DNA of 64,000 nt from Candidatus Latescibacterota bacterium (GCA_963791045.1 CAWBQK010000009.1:192001-256000); one strand, 5' to 3'; numbered from the stretch's first letter, positions 10,614-22,703 are shown. A program made the numbers and translations. Notes: generated by a model from the letters alone, not told the origin.

Positions 10614-11813
10614 TCATTTCTTTTTGTCGGCGACACGGATCTTGATCTTGGCCTCCGGCGTAACCACGACGATGACACCGTTCTCTTCGTCGTGCGTCAC
10701 CTTAACCGCAGGCGTTCCGCGCACTTCGACATCGGCGCCGGCAACTTCGCCCGAGAACCGAAGCTTGAACGCCCCATCATGATAGAAGTACGTTCGCCTG
10801 GGACTTCTTGGTTCCACACGCGGCGGCCTCTCCAGCGTCTCCATTTTGACGGTTTTTGATTCCCCATCTCTATCGATGGTCCACTCCATCGTCTTGCCGG
10901 GCTCCGTGTTTGAAAACAGTTTTCCGCCCTCACGAGTATCGATTCGAACGCCCTCGATATGCGTCAACACGTCCCCCTCTCGGATCCCCGCCTTGTCGGC
11001 CGGTCCGTCTTCGTCCACAGAATGAACGCGGGGCGGATCCTCGAACTGCCACTGCGCGGGCTCATCGTCCTTTGACGCATTGATCGTGCATTTGTCGCAG
11101 GATACGCCCATCCCGTACCAGGCACGCGGCCAGAAGTGAATATCACCAATCTCCGCCAACTCCTCGAAATGTTCGAGTTCGGCCAGCGAAGCCAAATCCT
11201 CCAGATGAATCATCTCGGGCATTTCGGGCATCTCCGGAATCTCGATCTCGAGTTCCGACATCTCTTCGAGCGCTTCTGAGAGATGTTCGAGTTTGACGTT
11301 AAGATCGGCGAGCGACGTGCTGCCGAGGTCGAGCGGGTTGTCTTCGGGACAAACACTCTTGGCGGTGATCGTCTTGTCGATCAAACGGTCGTCCCGGCGA
11401 ATCTTGAGTACGATCTTTTCCCCCGGATCGATATTGCCAAATCGTTTTCCGGCTTTTCGAGTTGTGATTAACATTCCATCGATCTCGACGATCACATCGC
11501 CTTTTTTCAGAATCCCCGCCGCCGGGCCGTCCGGATCGATCGACTCGATTTTCGGCTCGTTCTTGAAATACCACCGCTGGGTATTCTCATCCGTATTGAT
11601 TGAAAAAGTCCCCTTGAACGCGAGTCCTTGTATTCCAATGTATCCGACCGGCTCGCCTGACTCGCAGTCGAGCTTGTCGCGGCCGCGGTTGCGGCCCGCC
11701 GCCGCCGACTCGTACATCACGAGCAGCATGGTCAGCACGCCAAGGAACACCAGTGCTTTTATATAAAACCGGGACATGAATTTTGGTTTGTCTATCGTTG
11801 TCATTTCAACCAT
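10614..11813 (-). CDS. Exported protein with two PDZ domains
   Basis: 'DGPAAGILKKGDVIVEIDG' and 'DGPADKAGIREGDVLTHIEG'; acidic 'PEMPEMPEM' linker. Confidence 0.82.
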   Translation of the reverse strand: MVEMTTIDKPKFMSRFYIKALVFLGVLTMLLVMYESAAAGRNRGRDKLDCESGEPVGYIGIQGLAFKGTFSINTDENTQRWYFKNEPKIESIDPDGPAAGILKKGDVIVEIDGMLITTRKAGKRFGNIDPGEKIVLKIRRDDRLIDKTITAKSVCPEDNPLDLGSTSLADLNVKLEHLSEALEEMSELEIEIPEMPEMPEMIHLEDLASLAELEHFEELAEIGDIHFWPRAWYGMGVSCDKCTINASKDDEPAQWQFEDPPRVHSVDEDGPADKAGIREGDVLTHIEGVRIDTREGGKLFSNTEPGKTMEWTIDRDGESKTVKMETLERPPRVEPRSPRRTYFYHDGAFKLRFSGEVAGADVEVRGTPAVKVTHDEENGVIVVVTPEAKIKIRVADKKK

Positions 11814-11835
11814 CTCCGTTCATCCAACCATGCGG

Positions 11836-12411
11836 TCAGAACTGGATTATCTTCGGGTCATTTTGTGTATCATCCGCTTCCGTGGTCTCGATGGCGTTCA
11901 CAATGCACTTTGACAATTGGTCTTTGGGTATGATCTTCGCCATCTCGTCGGCGGCGGTGTACAGTGTGATCAGCGCCACCTCGCGTCCCTGTCGCAGTTC
12001 GTCGGAGTTTCGAGCATCGTCACTCTCGGCCGACGACGACATCAGGGCGAGCCTTCCCAGGGCCGCCACGTACGCCGTTCCCGCCTCCTGAACCGAGAGC
12101 GCCACAGGAACCGCGCTTGTGCGCGTACCTGCGCCCGTCGTCGCCAACTGCGGAGAAATAACCTGAGTCGGCGTCGCCACTAGACCCATCGCGAAGCCGC
12201 ACACGACAAATGCGATGCACGCCGCCACGGCGCCCATAAGCCGCTTGTTTGTGATTTCAATTGTGCGTCTTGACGCTGCCCTCAACGTGCCGCGCCTGCG
12301 GAGTGTCCGCACCACGCGCTCTTCGAGAAAAGCGCTCGGCACGCGTTCCTTGGGCAGAGTCTCCAACGCTTTCTTTTCTTGTGGAGTAAGATCGTCTTTG
12401 TTCATGATCAA
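11836..12411 (-). CDS. Putative membrane anti-sigma factor
   Basis: Single TM helix; overlaps the stop of the ECF sigma gene. Confidence 0.6.
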   Translation of the reverse strand: MIMNKDDLTPQEKKALETLPKERVPSAFLEERVVRTLRRRGTLRAASRRTIEITNKRLMGAVAACIAFVVCGFAMGLVATPTQVISPQLATTGAGTRTSAVPVALSVQEAGTAYVAALGRLALMSSSAESDDARNSDELRQGREVALITLYTAADEMAKIIPKDQLSKCIVNAIETTEADDTQNDPKIIQF

Positions 12412-12968
12412 CCTCGTCTTGATTCGGCGAGCAGGGTGCGAAGCGCCTGCCGCGCCTTTGAAAGTTGGCTCTTGCTCGTGCCAACCGTTATGCCCAACTG
12501 TCCGGCAACATCTTCGTGTTTCATTCCTTCAACATCATGGAGAACCAGTACCGTCCGGTACCCATCGGGGAGGAGCTCGATCGAGCGTTCGAGATCGATA
12601 CGATCTTCGGGGACATCGATCGGACCCGGAGGATCGGGAAGATTCTCCATGTCGAGTTCGATCGAGCGCGCATTCCTCCGCATATAATCCCTCGCTACAT
12701 TCAAACCGATTCCCAAAAGCCACGTGGAAAAAGCCGATTCCCAACGGAAACGGTCCAGCGACTGGCTGACCCGAATCCATGTGTCCTGCACCACGTCCTC
12801 TGCCTCGGCCTCCGTCCTGCCCAATATCCTCATGACGAAACCAAGCAGCCTCGGCGTGTGCCGCCGGTAGAGCAGACGAAACGCGTCCTCGTCGCCGGCT
12901 TGCTGCACCGCTTCCGTTAGTTCCCTGTCGCTGAATTCGATTGGTAATTGGGCTTCCATCTCATCCAT
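12408..12968 (-). CDS. ECF RNA polymerase sigma factor
   Basis: 'AEDVVQDTWIR', 'FSTWL', 'LPDGYRTVLVLHDVEG', 'GTSKSQLSKAR'. Confidence 0.93.
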   Translation of the reverse strand: MDEMEAQLPIEFSDRELTEAVQQAGDEDAFRLLYRRHTPRLLGFVMRILGRTEAEAEDVVQDTWIRVSQSLDRFRWESAFSTWLLGIGLNVARDYMRRNARSIELDMENLPDPPGPIDVPEDRIDLERSIELLPDGYRTVLVLHDVEGMKHEDVAGQLGITVGTSKSQLSKARQALRTLLAESRRG

Positions 12969-13066
12969 GGGTCGTCATCCAGGTCAAAAAGGTTGCCCCG
13001 CTCGGCGGGTTTCTCCAATATTAATACTGATATACGTCCACCGTCAGTATACACCCGGAGGCGCCA

Positions 13067-13957
13067 TTGGTCATCTCGGCCAGCAGACGGACCGATATTC
13101 CCTGTTTCTACGCAGACTGGCTCATGAACCGGATCCGCGAGGGGCGATGCCGCATCCCTAACCCATTTAATCCAAATCAGATATCCGAGATATCGCTCCG
13201 GCCGGCCGACGTCGACGCCATTGTCTTCTGGTCGAAGAACCCGCAGCCGATCTTCGAACACCTCGATGAACTCGACCGGCGGGGATTTCTTTACTATTTT
13301 CTGGTCACGTTGAATGACTACCCCGCCATTTTAGAACCCGGCGTGCCCGAGCGGGCGGCCAGGGTGGAGGCCTTCGTGCAGCTGGCGGAAAACCTCGGAA
13401 ACAAACGAGTTGTGTGGCGCTACGACCCGATAATCATCTCTACCGCCACGCCTTTTGGCTACCACAAGGAGCGTTTCGGAGAACTGTGCCGGCTTCTCGC
13501 CGGTTCGACGCGCCGGGTCATCGTCAGCCTGGTCGACTTTTACAAGAAAACCGAACGACGGCTCTCTGAGATCGAGACCGGCGGGCTTGAGTTCGACCGC
13601 GAAGCAGCTGGACGGCCCGAAACGAGAGATCTTCTGGCGTGGATGAGCCGGATGGCGGCGGACAACGGGATAGAGATCCAGGCGTGCGCGCAGCGGGAAG
13701 ATTTTGACGCCGTGGGGGTTCCGGCGGGGAGTTGTATCGACGGCGAACTGCTCCGCGAACTCGGGGCGGCGATACACCCCAAAAAAGATAATGGACAGCG
13801 CGACGCGTGCAGGTGTGTCGAAAGCAGGGACATCGGCGTCAACGATACGTGCATCCATGGGTGCCGGTACTGCTATGCCACGCGGAACCATGATCTCGCG
13901 GTGAGAAGACACGCCGAGCACGATAGCAGGGCGGCGGCATTGTGGGTTCGGAGCTGA
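13067..13957 (+). CDS. DUF1848 domain protein
   Basis: 'ISASRRTDIP', 'FWSKNP', 'WRYDPI', 'CIHGCRYCYA'. Confidence 0.9.
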   Translation: MVISASRRTDIPCFYADWLMNRIREGRCRIPNPFNPNQISEISLRPADVDAIVFWSKNPQPIFEHLDELDRRGFLYYFLVTLNDYPAILEPGVPERAARVEAFVQLAENLGNKRVVWRYDPIIISTATPFGYHKERFGELCRLLAGSTRRVIVSLVDFYKKTERRLSEIETGGLEFDREAAGRPETRDLLAWMSRMAADNGIEIQACAQREDFDAVGVPAGSCIDGELLRELGAAIHPKKDNGQRDACRCVESRDIGVNDTCIHGCRYCYATRNHDLAVRRHAEHDSRAAALWVRS

Positions 13958-14074
13958 TTTCTGTAGGCATGAGACTGGGGGGACGGATATGATTTCAACT
14001 GATTTTGAGCAGAGGCCGTCCGTATCAGCGCATGGTGCGATCTTTGCTAGTTAGCGGAACGGAAAGCAACACTC

Positions 14075-14602
14075 TTGACCCAGGAGAATGACACCATGCG
14101 AACACCAGTTGGGATAACACAAGAGAAGACAGCAAACCGGTCGGCCGGGCGAGTCATAACGATACTCGGTTTGACCTTGTTGTTCCTCACGACATCCATT
14201 TGTCTTTCCGGATCGGGCGCCGCCGCGGCGGGCTTTAGTTTTCCAAAAGGGTATCTCGGCACCACGGCCGCCAAATATATCGATGCCTTCAACTCGGGGA
14301 ATGACAGCCTCGTTGCAGAATTCCACACCACACATTTCGTAGAAACTTCTTTTGAGACGAAATCGATGAACTCACGGCTCTACAAATACCAGAGTCTCTA
14401 CAAAATGTTTGGTGAGCTCGAACCGGTCGAAACGCTCAAAAAGAGCAAGTCGACACTCGTCATCCGGGCCCGCTCGGAGAAGCTGGGGAGTTGGTTCGAG
14501 ATAGGATTCGAAACGGACAAGAGCGCGCCGGACAAGCTCGCTCATCAGTACATTCGTCCGACGGCCAAACCAAAAGTGCAGAAAGCATCGATGTCCGACT
14601 GA
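14075..14602 (+). CDS. Hypothetical exported protein
   Basis: Hydrophobic signal-like segment; fills the gap between genes. Confidence 0.55.
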   Translation: MTQENDTMRTPVGITQEKTANRSAGRVITILGLTLLFLTTSICLSGSGAAAAGFSFPKGYLGTTAAKYIDAFNSGNDSLVAEFHTTHFVETSFETKSMNSRLYKYQSLYKMFGELEPVETLKKSKSTLVIRARSEKLGSWFEIGFETDKSAPDKLAHQYIRPTAKPKVQKASMSD

Positions 14603-14640
14603 TCGCGGAATACAGCCGGACATCGATAGAGCTCGAACGA

Positions 14641-14656
14641 CCGGGGAATTCCCCGG
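14641..14656. terminator. Palindrome between convergent genes
   Basis: CCGGGGAATTCCCCGG perfect palindrome. Confidence 0.35.
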
Positions 14657-14692
14657 CCTGTTCGGGCCGGAGTCACCCGCCGTCGAGAATCA

Positions 14693-15324
14693 TCAAAATA
14701 CGATCCCAAGACCCAGAGAGAGTTCATACTGCCACGCGCCGTTACCCCCCGCACTTTTCACACACCCATCATCATTACATATATAGTCGTCCCGGTTGCC
14801 GATCACCGTGTACGGAGCCCTGCCCTGGAACCGGAGCATAAACCGCTCGCCGAGGTAATACTTCATTCCGAGCCCAAATCCAAAAGAGAACTTCCATTCG
14901 TCGTTGGAATCTTCAGCCTTGGGTCCGTAGTGAGTCGCGCCAAGAGAGAGGCTCGTGTACCAGAACCTCTTGCTCTCATCTCCACCGAGGATAAAAGCCA
15001 CATGCATGTAATCGATGGAGACATCGGACAAAAAGGTTTTTTCTCCGTTCAATTCAAAATTGTACTTGGTCTCCTGGCGGGTGTACATGAGCTCGATCTG
15101 TGTTGCCTGCTTTTTGAGATCGTAATCGACGGCAATGCCCCAGAACGGGCTCGAATCTGTTTTCAGCCGTCCGCTTTGGCCGCCGTACAACACGTTCTGG
15201 CCCGAACTCCACATGTACCCTCCGTAGGGGATGACCTCGACCTGGCGCTTCTTTTCTTCCTGGGCGCCCGCATCGACCGCGAGTGAAAATGTAAAATCAG
15301 ACCGACAAGGAGAATCCAGCGCAT
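14693..15324 (-). CDS. Outer-membrane beta-barrel protein (frameshifted 5' end)
   Basis: Signal 'MRWILLVGL'; 'FSFGFGLGMKYY'; terminal Phe. Confidence 0.72.
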
Positions 15325-15379
15325 GGTTCTTTTTCCCTTTCTGTGACCCCTGAGAATTCGGTTAACGGTCCTGCCAGTC

Positions 15380-15943
15380 CTACATGTGTTCCGCGGCAAA
15401 CTTTCGGAAATTGGCAAAGTTGATTTCGTTGAAGTACCCACTCATCTCACCCTCCCGGCCCGTCACATTGACCAGGATCGCGTCCGCCCTGATCATCTCC
15501 CAGAGCTCGTCGCTGGTAATGGCGTACTCGAGTATTTCCGTAACCCACTTGCCCGACGGATCCTTCTCGCGATTGAGATTGCTATCCGCCGTGAACACCA
15601 TCGTATTAAGGTCAACCGTGAGTTCGAGCGAACGGCCCTTTTCGATTGTGAGCCATTCATCGGCAACGTAGGTGAGAATCAGCCAGTAAGACACATTGCC
15701 CGCTGAATCCTTCAGCATACGCAGGTCGATGTAGCATCGCTTCGCGACACTGTAGTTTCCTTCTTCGAATTCCGCATGGTACTTTGCGGCGCCCTCTACC
15801 GTGATCTCGTTATTCGTGAGGATATATTCCGTCGATCCATCGTCACCGACATCGGTCTTCACGTGATAAGACCCCGCGCACGCGGCGAGCTGGACGGCAA
15901 CACCGAGTACGATCACGGCCATCAACACATTCTTGGAACGCAA
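15380..15943 (-). CDS. Hypothetical lipoprotein
   Basis: Lipobox LAAC. Confidence 0.65.
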   Translation of the reverse strand: MRSKNVLMAVIVLGVAVQLAACAGSYHVKTDVGDDGSTEYILTNNEITVEGAAKYHAEFEEGNYSVAKRCYIDLRMLKDSAGNVSYWLILTYVADEWLTIEKGRSLELTVDLNTMVFTADSNLNREKDPSGKWVTEILEYAITSDELWEMIRADAILVNVTGREGEMSGYFNEINFANFRKFAAEHM

Positions 15944-15965
15944 GATTCAACCTCCAGCCCATCCC

Positions 15966-18900
15966 CTACTTCGGGTTTGGAATCTTGAAAAACATCGTGT
16001 AGAGAACCGGAACAAACACCAGCGTGAGCAACGACGCAAACCCAAGTCCGAACATGATAGTCACCGCCATTGACTTGAAGAAATCATCCTGGAGCAGCGG
16101 AATCATTCCCATGATCGTCGTCGCGGCGGCGAGAAGCACGGGACGCATACGGCTGACGCCGGAATCAATCACCGACGATATACCGGTCCTTACCGCCTCG
16201 TATTTCGAAATCGATCTGATCGATCAGCACAATGGCATTCTTTATCAACATCCCCGAAAGACTCATCATTCCCAGGAGCGCCATAAATCCGAACGGCTGT
16301 CTGAACAACAGAAGTCCCGCCGTGACCCCGATGATCGATAGGGGCACGGTCAACCAGATGATAAGCGGCTGGCGGAACGCGTTGAACAGGAAAATCACAA
16401 CAAGGATCATCATCCCGAAATAAAGCGGGATGTTCGCTGCCAACTGCTTTTGCGAGTCGCTCGAATCCTCCGCTTCACCGCCCCAGGCCATATAGTAACC
16501 GGGGTACGCCTTCAGGGGGATCTTGTCGTTATACAGAATCGGTAGTGTCGATGCCGTCAATTTGGCGTAGGGATCATCCGGCGGACCAGCCGTCTTGCCA
16601 TTATAGGCAAGCAGGTCGACGCCAAGGGCAGCCTCGATCTGGGGCTTGATCCTGTTGAGAACGACAAAGGGCAGCTCCGTCCGCGGGTCACAGTGAAGCT
16701 TGATCATTGTAGAACGATTCCAACGCGACACGCGTGCATCTTCGATTTCAGTGTCGAGACCGCGAACGATCTGCGCTATAGGAATCGTCTGATCTGCCGT
16801 CGGGCTGTACATTTGCAGATCCCGCATGTTCTCTACGGTCATCCGCTCGCCCTGCAGGAGCACGAGCGACGATCGGGATGAGTTCGATTCCCTCCCTGTA
16901 CACCCCCGTCTGCGTCCCGGTGAAATTAGATTGGAGGGATTGCGCGACCATCGTCCGCGATATCCCCAGGCGGCGGGCCCTGTCATCGGCGAGCTGCGGA
17001 CGAACCGTCTTGACCTTGTCGCCCCATTCGTCACGAACCGCTTTTGTGCCAGGGTCATCGTTCATGATATTCTTCGCCTTCACGGCAAGCTGGCGCAGCA
17101 CTATCGGGTCCGGTCCCATAATACGAAGCTGGATCTTGCCGCCCGCTCCCGGACCGAGAGCGAACTTCTTCACATTGACCGTCGCATCGAGGTATCTCCC
17201 TTCAAGATCATTCTGGATCTTGTGATACATTTTGTCGATCGCGGGATACTCATTGACCGTGACGAGCATCGCCGCATAGTTGGTCGATGCCTCGACCGGC
17301 GCGCTGTAGGTCAGAATAAACCGCATGTGTCCCGCGCCGATCGCCGACGACACGTTCGTAATGTCTTCGTAATCCCCCAAATAATCCTCGATTTCGCTGA
17401 CTCGCTCCTGGGTCTCGCTGATATGCATTCCTTCGCGAAACTGGATCTCGATCAAAAACTGCGGGGCCGTTGACGGCGGGAAGAAGAGACTTTCCACATA
17501 CCCAAATCCGAACAGCGCCGCCGCAAAGAGGGCCACCACGACACCAACACTGATCCACCGGAAACGGATCGCCTTTACAAGCAAGCTGCGATAGACCTGA
17601 AAAAACTTGCCCGCGTAGGGATCGCTTTCTCCCTCTCCGTCATTCGACTTTGTCTTCTTCTTTTTGGGGAGGACAAAAAGCTTGGTAACGAGCGGAGTCG
17701 TCGTCACCGCGGTCAACCAGCTGAGCGAGAGAGAGATGAGTATCACGTAGTAGAGCGACCGGCAGTACTCGCCCGTACCGTTGTCCATCCCGCCGATCGA
17801 GGCGAACGCGAGAACAGCCACCGCGGTGGCGCCGAGAAGAGGAATCGAATTTTGCCCCACAACCTCCTTCGCCGCTTCAAGACCATCCATCCCCTTTTCC
17901 ATTCGCACTTTCATCCCGTCCACCACAACGATCGCGTTGTCGACAAGCATCCCGAGCGCGATGATCAGAGCTCCCAGCGAAATACGCTCCAGTGTGATCT
18001 GGTATTTGCCCATCACCACAAAGGTCGCCGCAATAGTCAGAACGAGGATAAAACCAATGATCAGGCCGCTCCTCAATCCCATCGTGAAGAGCAGAACAAT
18101 GACAACAATTACCACCGCCTCGAGAAGGTTGACGAGGAACCCGTTGATCGCTTTGGTAACGGAGGCGGACTGGAGAGTGATTACCTCGAGCTCCATTCCG
18201 TGTGGAATCAGGTTTTCGAGTTCGTCAAGCCGTTTCTCGACGGCCTCACCCATTGTCACGACATTGCCACCCATAAGCGTCGAGATTGCGATGCCTATCG
18301 CCGGTTTGCCATTATACCGGAGAAGCTTTTTGGGCGGATCTTCGTAACCGCGAATCACGGTCGCCACGTCGCGGAGGTAGATTAAATTGCCGCCCTTGGT
18401 CGCGATCGAGTAGATCTCCGAATTCCTTCTCGGATTTGAATTCACCGGTCGGGCTTATCGCCATGTGCTCGGGACCAATTTTTAGTTTGCCCGAATCCGC
18501 AGGGAGGTTCTTGGCGCTGAGCGCTTCAAAGATCTCCTGGCGGGTGATCCCCAGGGCCGCCATCTTTGCCTTCGACATCTCGACAAAGATCGTTTCCTTC
18601 TGCTCGCCAAAGAACTGTATCTTTTTGACATCCTGAATGGTGAGCAATTCCCGCTTGATGAGTTCGGCAACTCTTTTCAGTTCCGCATACGAATAGCCCT
18701 CGCCAACCAGAGCGAAATAGACGCCGAAAACATCGCCAAAATCGTCCGAGATGATCGGTGGACCGGCGCCCGGCGGAAGTTGAGGTTTATAATCGGCGAT
18801 CTTCCTGCGGAGCTCATCCCACACGGCGGGAAGGGCTTTTTTGTCATACTGGTCCTTGATGACCACCTTGACTTTTGACCGGCCCCGTTCAGACCAGGAT

Positions 18901-19142
18901 TCGACACGCTTTAGTTGTCCCATCTCCTGCATGGCCTTCTCGATCACCTCTGTGACCTCTTTTTCCACTTCGACGGCGGACGCGCCCGGATACGGCGTGA
19001 TGATAACCGCCTCTTTGATGGCGAATTCGGGGTCTTCCAGACGAGGCAAGTTCATGTACGATATTGTCCCAAGAACTAGAAGGACCGCAGTCATCGTCCA
19101 CGTGATCACACTTTTCCTTATAGAGAATTCCGCGAGATTCAT
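15966..19142 (-). CDS. RND efflux transporter permease, AcrB/AcrD/AcrF family (several frameshifts)
   Basis: 'LPRLEDPEF', 'LGMLVDNAIVV', 'GMLIKNAIVLID', 'RMRPVLLAAATT' across four ORFs. Confidence 0.92.
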
Positions 19143-19225
19143 CGGCTACTCTTTCTTTTGCATGAAGGATCAGATACCCAATCGTATTTCCGGTTTTTAA
19201 AAATCAATTCCACCATCGCCGTCTG

Positions 19226-20318
19226 TTACTGATCCTGTTCATCCCAAAGTCGGACCTTCATCCCGTCCCGGAGTTTTGGCAATCCGGCGACAACAACGGT
19301 CTCGCCGCCGTCCAACCCGTTCACAATCAAGATGTCATTTGTGCCCGACATGCGACCGATCGCCACAATTCGTTTGCTCACCGTCATATTCTCTTTATTG
19401 ACCACGAAGACAAATTCATCTCCGTTTTCGTCGCCCATCACGGCGATCGCCGGTATCGTGATCGTTTCCACCGCGATATCCTCTTCGATCGCTCTCACAA
19501 CCACCCTCACTTCGGCCGTCATCCCCGGAAGAAGATTGAACCCCTCCGGTTGCGGCATTGCGAATGTGACCCTGAAGGTCTGTGTTTCCGGATCGGCGCG
19601 ATTGGCCACTTCTTTCACCGTCAGGGGGAAATCCACACCGGGCGCCGCTTCGAATACGGCGAACGATTCGGCCACCGCTCCCCGGCGGATTCCCTTTATC
19701 AAGTTCTCGGATACGTTGATAATGATTTCCACACTTCGGACATCATTGACGTCGACGATCTCATCCTGGGCGCGAACATCCATATGATTCTCAACGTAGC
19801 GCCGGCCGACCTGCCCATCGAATGGTGCACGCAGATACGTGTACATGAGATTTTGCTTCGCTTCATCGAGCCGCGCCTGGGCCACGTCACGCTGAGCCCG
19901 TCGGAGCTCGAGGTCGGACAAAGGAACCGCGTTCTTTTCGTAGAGCTGCTGATATCGCCGGTGGTCCGACTCCGCCTTTGTAAAAAGAGCCAAGGCCTCG
20001 CTGGCGGCGATTTCGAAATCGATCGGATCGAGACGCCCGATGAGATCACCCGCTTTGACCGTTTGTCCCTCGTCAACTGGAAGTTCGATCAGGCGGCCCG
20101 ACACCCTGAACGAGAGAAGCGCTTTTTCCCCCGCCTCAACCGTGGCCGGGAAAATAAATTCACCCGATGCGATACCCCCGACTTTGATGGTTTTGACGGG
20201 GCGGATAACGGGCGCGACTCGCCGCCTCCTCCTTTTTGCCGCAACCGGCGGCCACAAGAATCATCACAACGACGGCCACCGCCTTCACCCAGGAAAGTGG
20301 TTTTGTCCAACTCCGCAT
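19226..20318 (-). CDS. RND efflux periplasmic adaptor (MFP) lipoprotein (frameshift near the 5' end)
   Basis: Lipobox VAAGC; 'LSFRVSGRLIELPVDEGQ', 'LRAPFDG', 'LLPGMTAEV'. Confidence 0.9.
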
Positions 20319-20357
20319 TACCTGTCTCCTTTGCATTTTTGTGGGCTTATCCGCTCT

Positions 20358-22703
20358 TTAAGGCGCTTCGACTGCCGCCTGAATCCTCCGGACTAGTTCT
20401 TCTTTTTCTTCCTGTGTCCGCTCGTCTTCGAACCATGAAATTGCTCGCTGGAAATCAACGAGATCTATAAGAAATCTGTACACAGTTCTCGCGGCATTCT
20501 GCTCCGCGGTAAACGCATTGGTTTGCGCTTCCAGAAGATCGGTAACATTGACGATTCCCTGTGCATACTTTTCCCGGACTATATCAAGATTCTTGTTCGA
20601 ACTGCTCGCTTCCATCTTTGCGAATTTGATCGTTGGGAAGGAATTCTCGACATTCCGCGTCGCAGTGCGAGCACTTTTTTCGATGATTTCGCGTATGAAC
20701 TGTTCTTCGCGGTTCAGGCCCTCGAGAATCGAGCGTGACCGCCGCATGTCGTAGAGTCTTCCTCCGCCATTGAACAAGGGATACGAGGCGAATACCCGGA
20801 AGTTGAAATAATTCTGGTCAACTCCCTCGGGTATTCCCGGATTGTTGTGAATAAAATAGTCGTACTGTAAGGACGTCCCGAAGGCAGGGATAAAAAAGCT
20901 CCGCTTTCGCCGGGCAAGCTGGATTTCTTCGGACTCGGCCGCCTTGTCGATAAACATCAACTCGGGCGCGTTTTCAATCGCGAACTGGGCAACAAACTCC
21001 CTGAACCTGGCCAGTTTTCGCGCATCCTTGAATATCGGGTCGATGCGTCCGTCGAGAAAGAAAAATTCTTCCGGATCCACATCGACTTCCTGTGGCTGCC
21101 AGCTTTTACTCTGTTCGACTCCAAGAATCTGGTTGAAGGCGATCCGTTCAGCCTCGATATCCGCTTCGCTCTGAAAAAGGTTCTGGCGACGGCGGGCGAG
21201 TTCCGCTTCCCATCGATACACCTCATCCTGTCCCGAATAACCCACATCAAATCGAACTTTCGCCAATTCGAGATTGTCGCTCGTCAGGTTCACATTCGCC
21301 GCGACAATTTCATAAGACACTCTCGCCAGAACGTATCTCAAAAACGCGACTCCGGCATCGCCGAGGACATCGAGCCGAGCCGCCTCACGCTCGTACTCAG
21401 CGCTTTCGAACAGTCTCTTGGACGACCGGTAATCACTGACGAGACGATCGTCATAGATCATTTGAGTCAAGGACACACCCGCCCGGCCGCTGTTGGTCGG
21501 GAGAAGATCATCGAGAGGCCCCGCCTGGTACGCATTGTACGTCCCCGACGCGTCGATTTGCGGGAGAAGCGGGCTTCGGGCTAACTGTTTTTCCTGGTGG
21601 AACACGTCGACATTGGCGTCTTTTATAGTCAGGGCGGTGTTTCCCTTCTCCGCCTCACCCAGCGCCTGCTTGAAAGTCAATGGTGTTTCTTCGACCCGAA
21701 GGGCTTCCGGGTAAAGAAACTCCGCCCAGATTCGCTCTTCGAATGTCGGTGCATATCCCACAGCGACGGCCGTTCGACCGTTCACAAGCGGGCTTAATTC
21801 GATGGGAAGAAGAATCGGAAGATCGCCAACATCCCCGCCACGAATCAGGAGATTCAAATTGAGTGCGACGCGGCGAGCGACAATGCCATCGAGCTCCGGT
21901 ACCAGCGCGGCGAGGGCGCCTATTTCAACATCGGGATGACCAATGATGCTGAATGTCGGAATCCCCTTCGCTGTCAGTCCCTCGATAAGCTCCGCGCGTT
22001 TTGCGAGCGACAACCGTGGCGTGAACGCGAGAACAACCACATCTACACCGTCACCCACGTTCACCAACGTTCGCGAAATGTCGTCTGAAACGGGCAGCAG
22101 TTCGATGTCGAGCCCGAGACTATCCTCGAACTCATCCTGCCCCTTCGAGAAAACATGAAACTCTTCGGCGTACAAATCGTCGATCGCCACGTGACAGGTA
22201 TCAAACGGGATCATCTCTCGAAATGTCTCGATGTCCCGCACGAGACCCTGCGGGATATGTATCACGCTCAGATTCTTTTTGAACTTGCCATTGATTTCGT
22301 AAGGAGATTCTTCGAAATATCCGAAATGCTCCGGGATCGCGACGAGCACCGGCTTGGTCAATACCAGATCGCTGGCGCCCGCTTCCCGCGCGGCAATCAG
22401 GTTGACAACCATCACGTAGTCAACCTCGGGGTCGTTCAAAGCCGCCATAAGCGCCGGGCGAACACCGCTCATTTTCCAACCGGCATTGAACTCAGGAGCG
22501 CTCTTGAAATTCACCGTCGCGCCCGTGATCAATTTCAGTTCCGCCTCCACCTTGTCCCGAATAGCGCTCCCGCTCCCGGGCCCATCTGAGACGACTCCAA
22601 CAGTGATATCGCGGGCCGCCGCCTGATTCGGGGTTCCCGCAAAGAGGGTTGCCGCCACAAATAAGTGTATCAGGGCCGCCAGGGTCTTCCCCGTCGCTCG
22701 CAT
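20358..22703 (-). CDS. TolC-family outer-membrane protein with an N-terminal solute-binding-like domain
   Basis: C-terminal OEP repeats ('ARSPLLPQI', 'YPLFNGG', 'DLLEAQ'); about 330 extra N-terminal residues. Confidence 0.85.
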   Translation of the reverse strand: MRATGKTLAALIHLFVAATLFAGTPNQAAARDITVGVVSDGPGSGSAIRDKVEAELKLITGATVNFKSAPEFNAGWKMSGVRPALMAALNDPEVDYVMVVNLIAAREAGASDLVLTKPVLVAIPEHFGYFEESPYEINGKFKKNLSVIHIPQGLVRDIETFREMIPFDTCHVAIDDLYAEEFHVFSKGQDEFEDSLGLDIELLPVSDDISRTLVNVGDGVDVVVLAFTPRLSLAKRAELIEGLTAKGIPTFSIIGHPDVEIGALAALVPELDGIVARRVALNLNLLIRGGDVGDLPILLPIELSPLVNGRTAVAVGYAPTFEERIWAEFLYPEALRVEETPLTFKQALGEAEKGNTALTIKDANVDVFHQEKQLARSPLLPQIDASGTYNAYQAGPLDDLLPTNSGRAGVSLTQMIYDDRLVSDYRSSKRLFESAEYEREAARLDVLGDAGVAFLRYVLARVSYEIVAANVNLTSDNLELAKVRFDVGYSGQDEVYRWEAELARRRQNLFQSEADIEAERIAFNQILGVEQSKSWQPQEVDVDPEEFFFLDGRIDPIFKDARKLARFREFVAQFAIENAPELMFIDKAAESEEIQLARRKRSFFIPAFGTSLQYDYFIHNNPGIPEGVDQNYFNFRVFASYPLFNGGGRLYDMRRSRSILEGLNREEQFIREIIEKSARTATRNVENSFPTIKFAKMEASSSNKNLDIVREKYAQGIVNVTDLLEAQTNAFTAEQNAARTVYRFLIDLVDFQRAISWFEDERTQEEKEELVRRIQAAVEAP

